Assembly (NCBI GenBank): GCA_963723125.1
Contig: CAVRPQ010000001.1
Span: forward strand, 761,767-825,766
From: an uncultured bacterium
Lineage (GTDB): Bacteria; Verrucomicrobiota; Verrucomicrobiia; Limisphaerales; UBA11358
Direction: 5' to 3'
Length of the DNA stretch: 64,000 bases
The notes under the pieces were generated by a model. It searched no databases. It saw nothing but the letters and a program-made list of their open reading frames with translations, and had not been told where the DNA came from. Position 1 is the first letter of the stretch. The number at the start of each line of letters is the position of its first letter. A program made the position numbers and the translations under genes. This document shows, one piece after another, positions 1 through 7,968 of the stretch.

Positions 1-1
1 G

Positions 2-652
2 CTGTCCGTCAATGCGGGCGAGGTTTTTGGTTTTATCGGGCCGAACGGCGCGGGCAAAACCACGGCGATCAACGTGCTGCTCAGCTTTATCCCACCCACC
101 AGCGGCACGGCGTGTCTTTTTGGCATTGATGTGCGCCAGCCCATCGCGCGCCAGCGCATCGGGTATCTGCCGGAGATGACCTATTACTACAAATTTCTCA
201 CTGCCGAGGAACTGTTGCGTTTTTACGCGCGCATTTTCAGCCTGCCGCCATTGGAGGCCGACAAACGGATTGACCAATTGCTGAAGCTTGTTGAATTGGA
301 ATCGGCGCGCAAGCGGCTCATTAAAACTTATTCAAAGGGCATGCAACAGCGCGTCGGCATCGCGCAGGCGCTCATCAACAATCCCGACTTGCTGGTGCTG
401 GACGAACCCACCAGCGGGCTGGATCCGTTGGGTCGCATGAAAGTCCGCGAGATTATTCAACGCCTGAAAAATGAGGGGAAAACGGTCTTCTTCTCCTCGC
501 ACGAATTGGGCGAGGTGGAAACCATTTGCGACCGCGTGGCCATTTTGCACGAAGGCGAATTGTGTGCCGAAGGCAGAGTAAAGGATTTGGTCGCCAAGCA
601 TCAATGCAATCTGGAGCAGGTTTTCCTGCGTGTGATTGGCTTTCAAAATTAA
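2..652 (+). CDS. ABC transporter ATP-binding protein (5' end outside window)
   Basis: Frame stays open to the window start. Walker A GPNGAGKTT, ABC signature YSKGMQQR, Walker B LLVLDEPTSGLD, H-loop SSHEL. Confidence 0.9.
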   Translation: MSVNAGEVFGFIGPNGAGKTTAINVLLSFIPPTSGTACLFGIDVRQPIARQRIGYLPEMTYYYKFLTAEELLRFYARIFSLPPLEADKRIDQLLKLVELESARKRLIKTYSKGMQQRVGIAQALINNPDLLVLDEPTSGLDPLGRMKVREIIQRLKNEGKTVFFSSHELGEVETICDRVAILHEGELCAEGRVKDLVAKHQCNLEQVFLRVIGFQN

Positions 653-664
653 CTCTACGAACTT

Positions 665-1441
665 ATGAACACCATCTGGGCATTGAGCGGCGTCGTCATC
701 AAGGAACTGTACCGTCGGAAGGATTTTTATGTTTTATTCGTGCTCACGGCGGTCATCACTGTTGCAGCGGGCAGTGTGCGATTCTTCCAGGATCCCAATA
801 TCGTGCGATATGTGAAGGACCTTTGCATGTTGCTCATCTGGATTTCCGCCTTGCTCATCACTATTGTGATGGCGGCGCGGCAGATTCCCGCGGAACGCGA
901 AAGTCGCACGATTTTCCCGTTGCTGGCCAAGCCGGTCACGCGCGGACAGGTTATTCTCGGAAAATTCTTTGGCTGCTGGCTGGCCAGCGGTACCGCCCTA
1001 GCGGTGTTTTACATCTTTTTTGCGATTATCACGGGTTCGCGTGAGCAATATTGGCCGGTGCTGGATTATTTGCAGGCTTTTTTGCTGCAATGGATCATGC
1101 TGGGCATCGTGACGGCAATGACATTGCTCGGCTCGATTGTTTTTGCCGCGCCGTCGTCCACGGTCACCATTCTGTTCATTGTCGTCGCCGGCATTCTATT
1201 TCTGGGACGCCATCTGAATACGGTCGCGTTGCACAATGCCGAGCCGTTGCGGAGCATTATTTACACGATTTACTTCATCATCCCGCACCTGGAACTGTTT
1301 GATGTGCGCGAACGGGTGGTCAACGACTGGGGGTTGGTGAACTGGCTCGATTGCGGACTGGCAACGCTCTATGCGGCGGCTTACACCGGATTGTTTTTAA
1401 TGCTGACCTGGCTGGCGTTTCGTCGAAAAAGTTTGACCTGA
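665..1441 (+). CDS. ABC-2-type transporter permease (multi-pass membrane protein)
   Basis: 258-aa ORF 13 nt after the ATPase stop with several hydrophobic spans. Family call rests on context and architecture. Confidence 0.7.
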   Translation: MNTIWALSGVVIKELYRRKDFYVLFVLTAVITVAAGSVRFFQDPNIVRYVKDLCMLLIWISALLITIVMAARQIPAERESRTIFPLLAKPVTRGQVILGKFFGCWLASGTALAVFYIFFAIITGSREQYWPVLDYLQAFLLQWIMLGIVTAMTLLGSIVFAAPSSTVTILFIVVAGILFLGRHLNTVALHNAEPLRSIIYTIYFIIPHLELFDVRERVVNDWGLVNWLDCGLATLYAAAYTGLFLMLTWLAFRRKSLT

Positions 1442-2364
1442 TGAAAAGAATTTCATCCTACTGGTTGCTGGCCTTGCTGCTGACGGTATGTTTCACGCTG
1501 GGGACGGTGTTTGTGCCACGCGTCGGGTGGTGGAATGACGTGCGGCACGCCGCCGATTGGAACAAAGGCCCGTCAGAGTCGGACAACGTCTTCAAGCTGC
1601 TATTCGGCGAAGGGCGGCGGTTGTTTGCCAATGAATTCTTTGTGATGGCCGATGTGTACTTTCACAGCGGCTATTACCCGTCCATGTTTGACCGGCAGGA
1701 CCCCGATCGCGATGTCGCGGATCCGGCACACGGACAAGCTGACGACTCGAATTCGACCAGCGATGATTTTTTAGGCCCGCCGCCGGATTGGATCGCGGCC
1801 CTGGACCGCCAGTTTGTTCCCAACCGGCACACCCATTTAAGTTCGGGGGGCCCGTCGGGGCATGTGAAGGAAGTGGAAGTGCAGGAAATTCTGCCCTGGC
1901 TGAAACTTGCCACGGACATGAACCCGCAATATATCGAATCCTACACGGTCGGAGCTTACTGGTTGCGCCGCCTCCACATGCCCCAGCAAGCCCGCGACTT
2001 TTTGCTGGAGGGATTGCACAACAATCCAGGCAACAGCGAACTTCTCTTCGATCTGGGCTGGCTTTACAAGGAGAACCTGCATGATGCCAACCGTGCCCGC
2101 AACGTTTGGATGGCAGGGTTGCGCTGCTGGGAGGCACAAAGCGCCAATGTTAAGACAAACACCGAAAGCGAGTTGGTTTGCGAAGAAATCACCATGAACC
2201 TCGCGCACTTGGAGCAAAACGAAGGACATTGGCCACAAGCCATCCAGTATCTGAAAATAGTCAAGCAAGTCTCGCCCAACCCTGATGCCATACAGAAGCA
2301 GATTGACAAAGCCCGGGACAACCAGACTGCCAAGCCTTCCCCCTCGGCGAGCACGACTCATTAA
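1441..2364 (+). CDS. membrane-anchored TPR-like repeat protein
   Basis: ATG overlaps the permease stop (TGATG). N-terminal TM helix MKRISSYWLLALLLTVCF, then TPR-like helical repeats. Confidence 0.6.
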   Translation: MKRISSYWLLALLLTVCFTLGTVFVPRVGWWNDVRHAADWNKGPSESDNVFKLLFGEGRRLFANEFFVMADVYFHSGYYPSMFDRQDPDRDVADPAHGQADDSNSTSDDFLGPPPDWIAALDRQFVPNRHTHLSSGGPSGHVKEVEVQEILPWLKLATDMNPQYIESYTVGAYWLRRLHMPQQARDFLLEGLHNNPGNSELLFDLGWLYKENLHDANRARNVWMAGLRCWEAQSANVKTNTESELVCEEITMNLAHLEQNEGHWPQAIQYLKIVKQVSPNPDAIQKQIDKARDNQTAKPSPSASTTH

Positions 2365-2738
2365 CCTTCCGACGGGGCTGCAGGGGGGCTTGTGTGTTTT
2401 AACAAAAGTCGTTTTCAATTGTTTATTGCGAATGATTTGCGTTTGTGTAAATTATTCCATGCCTGACTTTGAAGAAGTGAAGACGGTCGGCCGAATCTGT
2501 CCATTGTTTATGAAAGATTTTATGCCAACTAACTGCCGTGAATATGCAAGGCGTGTTGAACTGTCATATGGGTGCAAATCGAACATCATCCGGCCACGAG
2601 TTGAAAGCGAACTGGCCCGTTTTTGTTTTCCTCCGGCAAGCCGGGTTCCGGCCGGCAACTCGGCTGGACAAACTCGATTTGCATCCTCTTTCTCTTGTTC
2701 GGGCTGACACTTGCCCATGCCATTACGCCAAATACATC

Positions 2739-2975
2739 ATGAAAAAACAGCACGGACTTATCGGAGCAATCTTTGTTGAATTGCTCACCTGTGGCCTTCT
2801 GAGTGGTTGCGCTCACGACCGATTGAAACCTACAAGCAATGCTACCAGTAAGCCCAAAAGTGGGACCGTGGTAAGCCCCATTACCGCAGTCATTTTGGTG
2901 CCCGGCACTAATGGGGCGCCGTCGTCTTATCGAGAGTACATTATCACAAACGTGCCACCTACGGCCAATCAGTAA
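2739..2975 (+). CDS. small lipoprotein (hypothetical)
   Basis: 78-codon ORF starting MKKQHGLIGAIFVELLTCGLLSGC (signal peptide plus lipobox). Confidence 0.45.
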   Translation: MKKQHGLIGAIFVELLTCGLLSGCAHDRLKPTSNATSKPKSGTVVSPITAVILVPGTNGAPSSYREYIITNVPPTANQ

Positions 2976-2979
2976 ATGT

Positions 2980-4014
2980 ATGCGTTACCAATATCTGCCT
3001 AGGCGGCATAATTATTTTGCGCTGTTTCTTGTCTTCGGGCTGACGCTTGCCCACGCTACCCAGCAGAAATTTGAAGCCGTCCATCTCGACGGCCAGAATT
3101 ATGTCCCGCTGGCCGACTGGGCGCGAGCGAACGATTTGAAATGGTTCTGGTTTGAAGGTGACAAAAAGGTCGAGGTAACAAATCACGCCATCCGGCTGGT
3201 GCTTGAGGCGAATTCAGACCAAGCGGAAGTTAATGGCGTCCGGGTGAGGCTCTCGTTCCCATTTGCGGTTGAGAAAGCAATTCCGCTCATCGCGCAACTC
3301 GATCTCGATACGGCCGTAGATCCGTTGTTGTTTCCGCCGCATTTTTCCGACTTCAAGCCAATCAAAATGATTTGCCTCGATCCCGGTCATGGCGGCAAAG
3401 ATTCTGGCAATCGCGTCGGCTGGCATGATGAAAAAAATTACACCCTGCCGCTCGCTTTGGAATTACGCGAACAATTAGGCAAAGCGGGGTTCAATGTGAT
3501 TCTGACCCGGACTACGGACAAGTATGTCACCTTGTCCGACCGTGCGGCGTTCGCGAATCGGCACGATGCGGATCTGTTCGTAAGCCTGCATTTCAACGCA
3601 ACCCCGACTGGGCGTGACGAGGCGGAAGGGCCGGAGACTTATTGCATCACGCCCGTCGGCGCGACTTCCAGTGATGAGTATGTCGAGCGCAGTGAGACCG
3701 GCCCCGCCGTTGGTGTCGGCCCGACGGTCGGCAACCGGAACGAACAGAAAAGCCTGTTGTTGGCCTATCAAGTCCAAAAATCGCTTGTGGAAGATCTGTC
3801 GGCGAGCGATCGGGGTGTAAAGCGTGCGCGGTTTGCCGTACTGCGCGACACGGCGATGCCCGCGATTTTGATTGAAGGCGGTTTCATGTCAAACCCGGTC
3901 GAGAGTAAAAAAATATACTCCGCCGCGTATCGCCGCCGGGTGGCGGAAGCCATCGTCAAAGGCATTCGGGATTATGAACGACGGCGATACAACGGATGGA
4001 ATTGTCGCTCCTGA
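2980..4014 (+). CDS. N-acetylmuramoyl-L-alanine amidase (Amidase_3 family)
   Basis: Signal peptide MRYQYLPRRHNYFALFLVFGLTLAHA. Motifs LDPGHGGKDSG, LFVSLHFNA, PAILIEGGFMSN. Confidence 0.85.
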   Translation: MRYQYLPRRHNYFALFLVFGLTLAHATQQKFEAVHLDGQNYVPLADWARANDLKWFWFEGDKKVEVTNHAIRLVLEANSDQAEVNGVRVRLSFPFAVEKAIPLIAQLDLDTAVDPLLFPPHFSDFKPIKMICLDPGHGGKDSGNRVGWHDEKNYTLPLALELREQLGKAGFNVILTRTTDKYVTLSDRAAFANRHDADLFVSLHFNATPTGRDEAEGPETYCITPVGATSSDEYVERSETGPAVGVGPTVGNRNEQKSLLLAYQVQKSLVEDLSASDRGVKRARFAVLRDTAMPAILIEGGFMSNPVESKKIYSAAYRRRVAEAIVKGIRDYERRRYNGWNCRS

Positions 4015-4207
4015 CAAAATTGCCGAGCGGCCAGCGCTCTTTGATTGCGGATGGCCAGCCGGAGATTCTCGAAATCGCTGTAAAAGAAGAGTCGCAGAAA
4101 AGCTCGGCAAAAGATGTTAAGGAGTGAACAGGGCGGCTTACGGTAGTTCATCTCTAAATTGAAATCAGGGCTTGCGCATATGCGCCTGATGGATTAAAAG
4201 TGGAAAA

Positions 4208-4296
4208 GGCAATGGTGTTTGCCGACCCGCTGAAGGGTGAACTGCCCGACGATTTTAGGGCTAATGACTCCTACCGAGACAATTTGTATCGGTGGG
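4208..4296 (+). promoter_or_regulatory. structured 5' leader, copy 1 of 5 (possibly the Pedo-repair RNA motif)
   Basis: GGCAA..TTGCC hairpin, CCC/GGG hairpin, conserved core GGCTAATGACTCCTAC, 3' helix CCTACCGA/TCGGTGGG. Sigma70-like TTGCGC-17-TAAAAG ends 7 nt upstream. Confidence 0.55.
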
Positions 4297-4419
4297 AATT
4301 TTTTATGCTCAATTATATTCGAGTCGGAGTGGGCAGCGCGAGAGGTGGTATCTCGCGCTATTGTGCTTTCTGGCCTGATGCCAATCTTTCCAGCCCAGTG
4401 AAAGGAGTTTAAGTTTAAT

Positions 4420-4788
4420 ATGCACCTCCCCCACGATGCCATGTTGTTGCGAATCTTCGTCAGCGAAAACGACCGCTGCGGGCACAAACCGCTCTACGAA
4501 GCCATCGTGCTCAAGGCGCGCGAAATGCACCTGGCGGGCGCGACGGTGCTGCGCGGGCCGATGGGTTTTGGCAAAACCAGCCGGCTGTACACCGCAAAAA
4601 TTCTCCGACTTTCATTGGACCTGCCGCTCGTGATTGACATCGTGGACGGCGAGGAAAAGATCAATTCATTCCTGCCAGTGCTCGATGAGACAATGAAAGG
4701 CGGTTTGGTAACGCTGGAAAAGGCGCGCGTCATTGACTACCGCTCTGATGAGGAGAACGCCATCGGTGTGGAGCAACTCAAAAGTTGA
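4420..4788 (+). CDS. DUF190 (PII-like fold) protein, first gene of the Ehr-type operon
   Basis: 122 aa. LRIFVSENDRCGHKPLYEAIVLKAREMHLAGATVLRGPMGFG is typical of DUF190. AAGGAG lies 12 nt upstream. Confidence 0.75.
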   Translation: MHLPHDAMLLRIFVSENDRCGHKPLYEAIVLKAREMHLAGATVLRGPMGFGKTSRLYTAKILRLSLDLPLVIDIVDGEEKINSFLPVLDETMKGGLVTLEKARVIDYRSDEENAIGVEQLKS

Positions 4789-4790
4789 TT

Positions 4791-5741
4791 ATGTTCAACC
4801 ACATTCTATTCAATCTGATTCAAGTTTTGGTTGTCATGGCCTTTGCGCCGCTGGCGTCCGGCGTGTTGTCGCGCCTCAAGGAAATGGTGCAGTCCAAACG
4901 CGGGCCGAGCATTTTCCAGCCTTATCGCGATTTGTGGAAACTGTTCCACAAGGACGAAATTGTGTCGGAAGACAGCTCGTGGATTTTCCGGTTCACGCCC
5001 TACATGGTTTTCGTCACGCCCATTTTTGTCACTTTGCTGATTCCGGTGCTGACGAATTATCCTCTCTTTTTCGCCTTTATGGGCGACATGATTGGCGCGG
5101 GGTTTATTTTATCGCTGGGCGGCTTTTTCGCCACGCTTGCGGCGATTGACACCGCCAATCCTTATGGTCCAGTCGGCGCCAGCCGCACGCGCATGGTGGG
5201 CTTTCTGGCCGAGCCGGTGTTCATGATTGTATTCTTCACCGTTTCCTTTGTGGCCGGTTCGACCATTCCCTACATCGTCCAGGAAAAATGGGTGACCCCG
5301 CTGGCAAATTTTTTCCTGCCCTCGCACGTGTTGCTGGTGTTGGCGTTTCTGATGCTGATTCTGGCCGAAGGCGGGCGCATTCCGGTGGACAATCCGACCG
5401 GCCATTTTGAACTGGCGATGATTGACGAGTCCAAGTCGCTCGAATACTCCGGGCGCGGCTTCGCGCTGATGAAATGGGGCGGGCAAATGAAATTGTTCGT
5501 GCTGATGATCGTTTTCCTCAACGTCCTGCTGACACCGTGGGGCTTGACAGGTGGTCAGACGCTTGGCGCGGTGCTGCTGGCCATTCCCCTTGTGCTGTTT
5601 AAAATATTCTGCTTCCTGCTCGTGCTGGTCGTCATTGAATCGTCATTGTCCAAGCTGCGGCTGTTCCGCATCGCGGAATTTTTAGGTGCGGCGTTCATCA
5701 CCTGCGTCGCGGCCATGATTGCCCAAGTCTTTTTATCTTGA
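4791..5741 (+). CDS. NuoH/HyfC/HycD-like membrane subunit (EhrB-like)
   Basis: Polytopic membrane protein. N-terminus ...SRLKEMVQSKRGPSIFQPYRDLWKLFHKDE matches the HycD/NuoH pattern. A TTG at 4785 overlapping the upstream stop is an alternative start. Confidence 0.85.
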   Translation: MFNHILFNLIQVLVVMAFAPLASGVLSRLKEMVQSKRGPSIFQPYRDLWKLFHKDEIVSEDSSWIFRFTPYMVFVTPIFVTLLIPVLTNYPLFFAFMGDMIGAGFILSLGGFFATLAAIDTANPYGPVGASRTRMVGFLAEPVFMIVFFTVSFVAGSTIPYIVQEKWVTPLANFFLPSHVLLVLAFLMLILAEGGRIPVDNPTGHFELAMIDESKSLEYSGRGFALMKWGGQMKLFVLMIVFLNVLLTPWGLTGGQTLGAVLLAIPLVLFKIFCFLLVLVVIESSLSKLRLFRIAEFLGAAFITCVAAMIAQVFLS

Positions 5742-5748
5742 ACGAAAA

Positions 5749-6459
5749 ATGAGCGACACCACCAATCAATTATTAAGTAATCTGAACTCCCTGGTGACAG
5801 GGCTGTTCTTACTGACGGCCTTTGGCATTGTGGCCATGCGGCAGGCGCGCGGCGTTTTGTATCTGTTCATCGTCCAATCCCTCCTGCTGGCCGCGTCCGC
5901 GGTGCTGCTGGCAATGCGTTACAATGCGGGACATCTTTACGGTGTGGCGCTGGTCAACCTCATCAGCAAACCCATCATCGTCCCGTGGCTGTTGCGCAAA
6001 ACTTCGCCGGCGGAAGTTTATACGCGCCGCGAAGTGACGCAGGCGCTGAACATCCCGATGGCCTTGCTCATCGCGCTGGCGCTGACGATTCTGGCCTACT
6101 TTTTGGGTCTGCCGCTGCTCAAGGCCGTCGCGCCGGAATTTCGCGGACCCAACGTGCCGATCGGCATCGCCGGCTTGCTGCTCGGCGCGTTCACCATCAC
6201 CGTGCGGCGCGAAGCCCTGCCGCTGCTCATCGGCCTGCTGGTCATGGAAAACGGCGCGTTTCTGGCGGGCATTGACATTGCCCGCAATCTTAAAATGCTG
6301 ATTGAACTGGCCATCGCCACGGACGGCTTGATCATTGTTTTCATCATGGGCGTGCTGACACGCGCCGTTCAAAAACAAATCGGCACCACGGCCGTCGGTG
6401 AACTGGCGACGTTGAAGGAAACGCCCACGGAATTCTTTAAGAAGGAGACAACGAAATGA
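5749..6459 (+). CDS. HyfE-like small membrane subunit (EhrC-like)
   Basis: About 236-aa hydrophobic protein between the NuoH-like and NuoN/M-like genes, as in hyf operons. Confidence 0.7.
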   Translation: MSDTTNQLLSNLNSLVTGLFLLTAFGIVAMRQARGVLYLFIVQSLLLAASAVLLAMRYNAGHLYGVALVNLISKPIIVPWLLRKTSPAEVYTRREVTQALNIPMALLIALALTILAYFLGLPLLKAVAPEFRGPNVPIGIAGLLLGAFTITVRREALPLLIGLLVMENGAFLAGIDIARNLKMLIELAIATDGLIIVFIMGVLTRAVQKQIGTTAVGELATLKETPTEFFKKETTK

Positions 6460-7955
6460 GCATTCCCATCATTTTGCTGCTGCCGCTGATTGCGACCGTG
6501 CTTGTTTGTCTGCCCTTGAAAAAAGCGTGGGCGTCGGGCGTGACCGTCGTGGCGCCGCTGGCGACTTTGATTTTATCCGCGCGAGTCGCGTGGCTGGTTT
6601 CCGCCGGCAATTCCGTCACCGCCGATTTGAGCGCCGGCTGGCATAATTGGATTGCCGTGGACGGCTTAGGCGCGCTGATTCTGGTGTTGATTGCGTTTGT
6701 CGCAACGACGGCGGCGATTTTCTCCGTCGGCTACATGGCGCATGGAAATTTGAAAGCGGGAAAACTCCGGCTCTACTACATCAATTACAACCTGTTCGTC
6801 TTTTCCATGCTGGCCATTCCGGTTTTGGCCGAGCCGACGTTGGTATGGATTGTCGTGGAAATAACCACGTTGGCTTCCGCGCTGCTCGTCTCGTTTGAAA
6901 ATACACGCGAGGCGCTGGAGGCGGCGTGGAAATACGTCGTCCTCTCGCTCATGGGCGCCGGCATGGCACTGTTCGGCTTCCTCGTTTTGTTCGCCGCGAT
7001 GCAGGCGTCGGGCAGCAACGATGCCTACACTTGGAATAACTTGATTGCCGCCGCGCCGCTGATGCCGCCGGTCCTGCTCCAAACAGCCTTTCTGCTGATT
7101 TTAATCGGTCTCGGAACAAAAGTTGGCTTGGTCCCGATGCACACCTGGCTGCCGGATGCACACAGCCAGGCGCCGTCGCCCGTGTGCGCGCTGCTTTCGG
7201 GCATTGAAACCACCTCCATCCTTTACGTCATTCTGCGGCTGTTTCCGGTGATGCAGGCCGCTCCCCATTCCCACGCCGAAACCTGGGCCGTCGTGCTCGG
7301 TCTGATTTCGGTCGGCACCGCCGCGTTTTTGCTGCTGCAAGTGAAAGATTACAAACGCATGTTCGCTTTCTCAACGGTTGAGCACATGGGAATCATTTTA
7401 ACGGCGGTTGGCCTGGGCGCATCGGTCGCCGGTTACGCCGCGATGCAACAAATCGTCAGCCATTGCGTGACCAAATCCTTCTGCTTCTTCGCTGCCGGCG
7501 CGGTGCTGCTGGCCGTGGAAACGCGCCAAATCGTCTCGGTGCGCGGCCTGATTCGACAATCGCCTTTCGCCGGCGCTGCCCTCGTTTTCGGCGGTCTGGC
7601 GATTGCCGGTGCGCCGCCGATGGCGGTTTTCTTGAGCGAATTTTCGATTCTCAAAGCCGGACTGACGCAGAAAGAATATATCGCCACGGGGTTGCTCGCC
7701 GTTTTCATCGTCATCGCCTTTTTCGGAATCATGTTGCACGTCAACCGCATGGTGTTCGGCGCGAGTGAAAGTGAAACAGGCAAAACAAATTACGAACTCC
7801 GAACTCCGAACTCCGAACTCCAGAAATTTCATTTGCCGTTCAGTTGCCGGCTGGCGCTGATTCTGGCCGCTGTGCCGGTCCTCGTTTTCGGCTTTTACAT
7901 TCCACAACCGTTGCACGACTTGTTGACTCAAGCTGCCGCTGCTTTGACGAAATGA
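6456..7955 (+). CDS. HyfF / NuoN-NuoM-like antiporter-type subunit (EhrD-like)
   Basis: 499 aa. ATGA overlap with the upstream stop. Proton-antiporter motifs (GLVPMHTWLPDAHSQAPSPV, FSTVEHMG). Confidence 0.85.
   Translation: MSIPIILLLPLIATVLVCLPLKKAWASGVTVVAPLATLILSARVAWLVSAGNSVTADLSAGWHNWIAVDGLGALILVLIAFVATTAAIFSVGYMAHGNLKAGKLRLYYINYNLFVFSMLAIPVLAEPTLVWIVVEITTLASALLVSFENTREALEAAWKYVVLSLMGAGMALFGFLVLFAAMQASGSNDAYTWNNLIAAAPLMPPVLLQTAFLLILIGLGTKVGLVPMHTWLPDAHSQAPSPVCALLSGIETTSILYVILRLFPVMQAAPHSHAETWAVVLGLISVGTAAFLLLQVKDYKRMFAFSTVEHMGIILTAVGLGASVAGYAAMQQIVSHCVTKSFCFFAAGAVLLAVETRQIVSVRGLIRQSPFAGAALVFGGLAIAGAPPMAVFLSEFSILKAGLTQKEYIATGLLAVFIVIAFFGIMLHVNRMVFGASESETGKTNYELRTPNSELQKFHLPFSCRLALILAAVPVLVFGFYIPQPLHDLLTQAAAALTK
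7794..7821. repeat. tandem heptamer (GAACTCC)x4 inside the HyfF-like CDS
   Basis: Direct read: gaactcc gaactcc gaactcc gaactcc, translated YELRTPNSELQ. Confidence 0.9.
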
Positions 7956-7968
7956 AAAATCAATCGCT

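Noticed and set aside
4174-4185. The perfect palindrome GCGCATATGCGC as a defined operator shared by the leader promoters.
   Set aside because: It occurs only at leader copy 1. The other four promoters lack it, so it cannot be the common regulatory site. It may equally be part of the amidase terminator.
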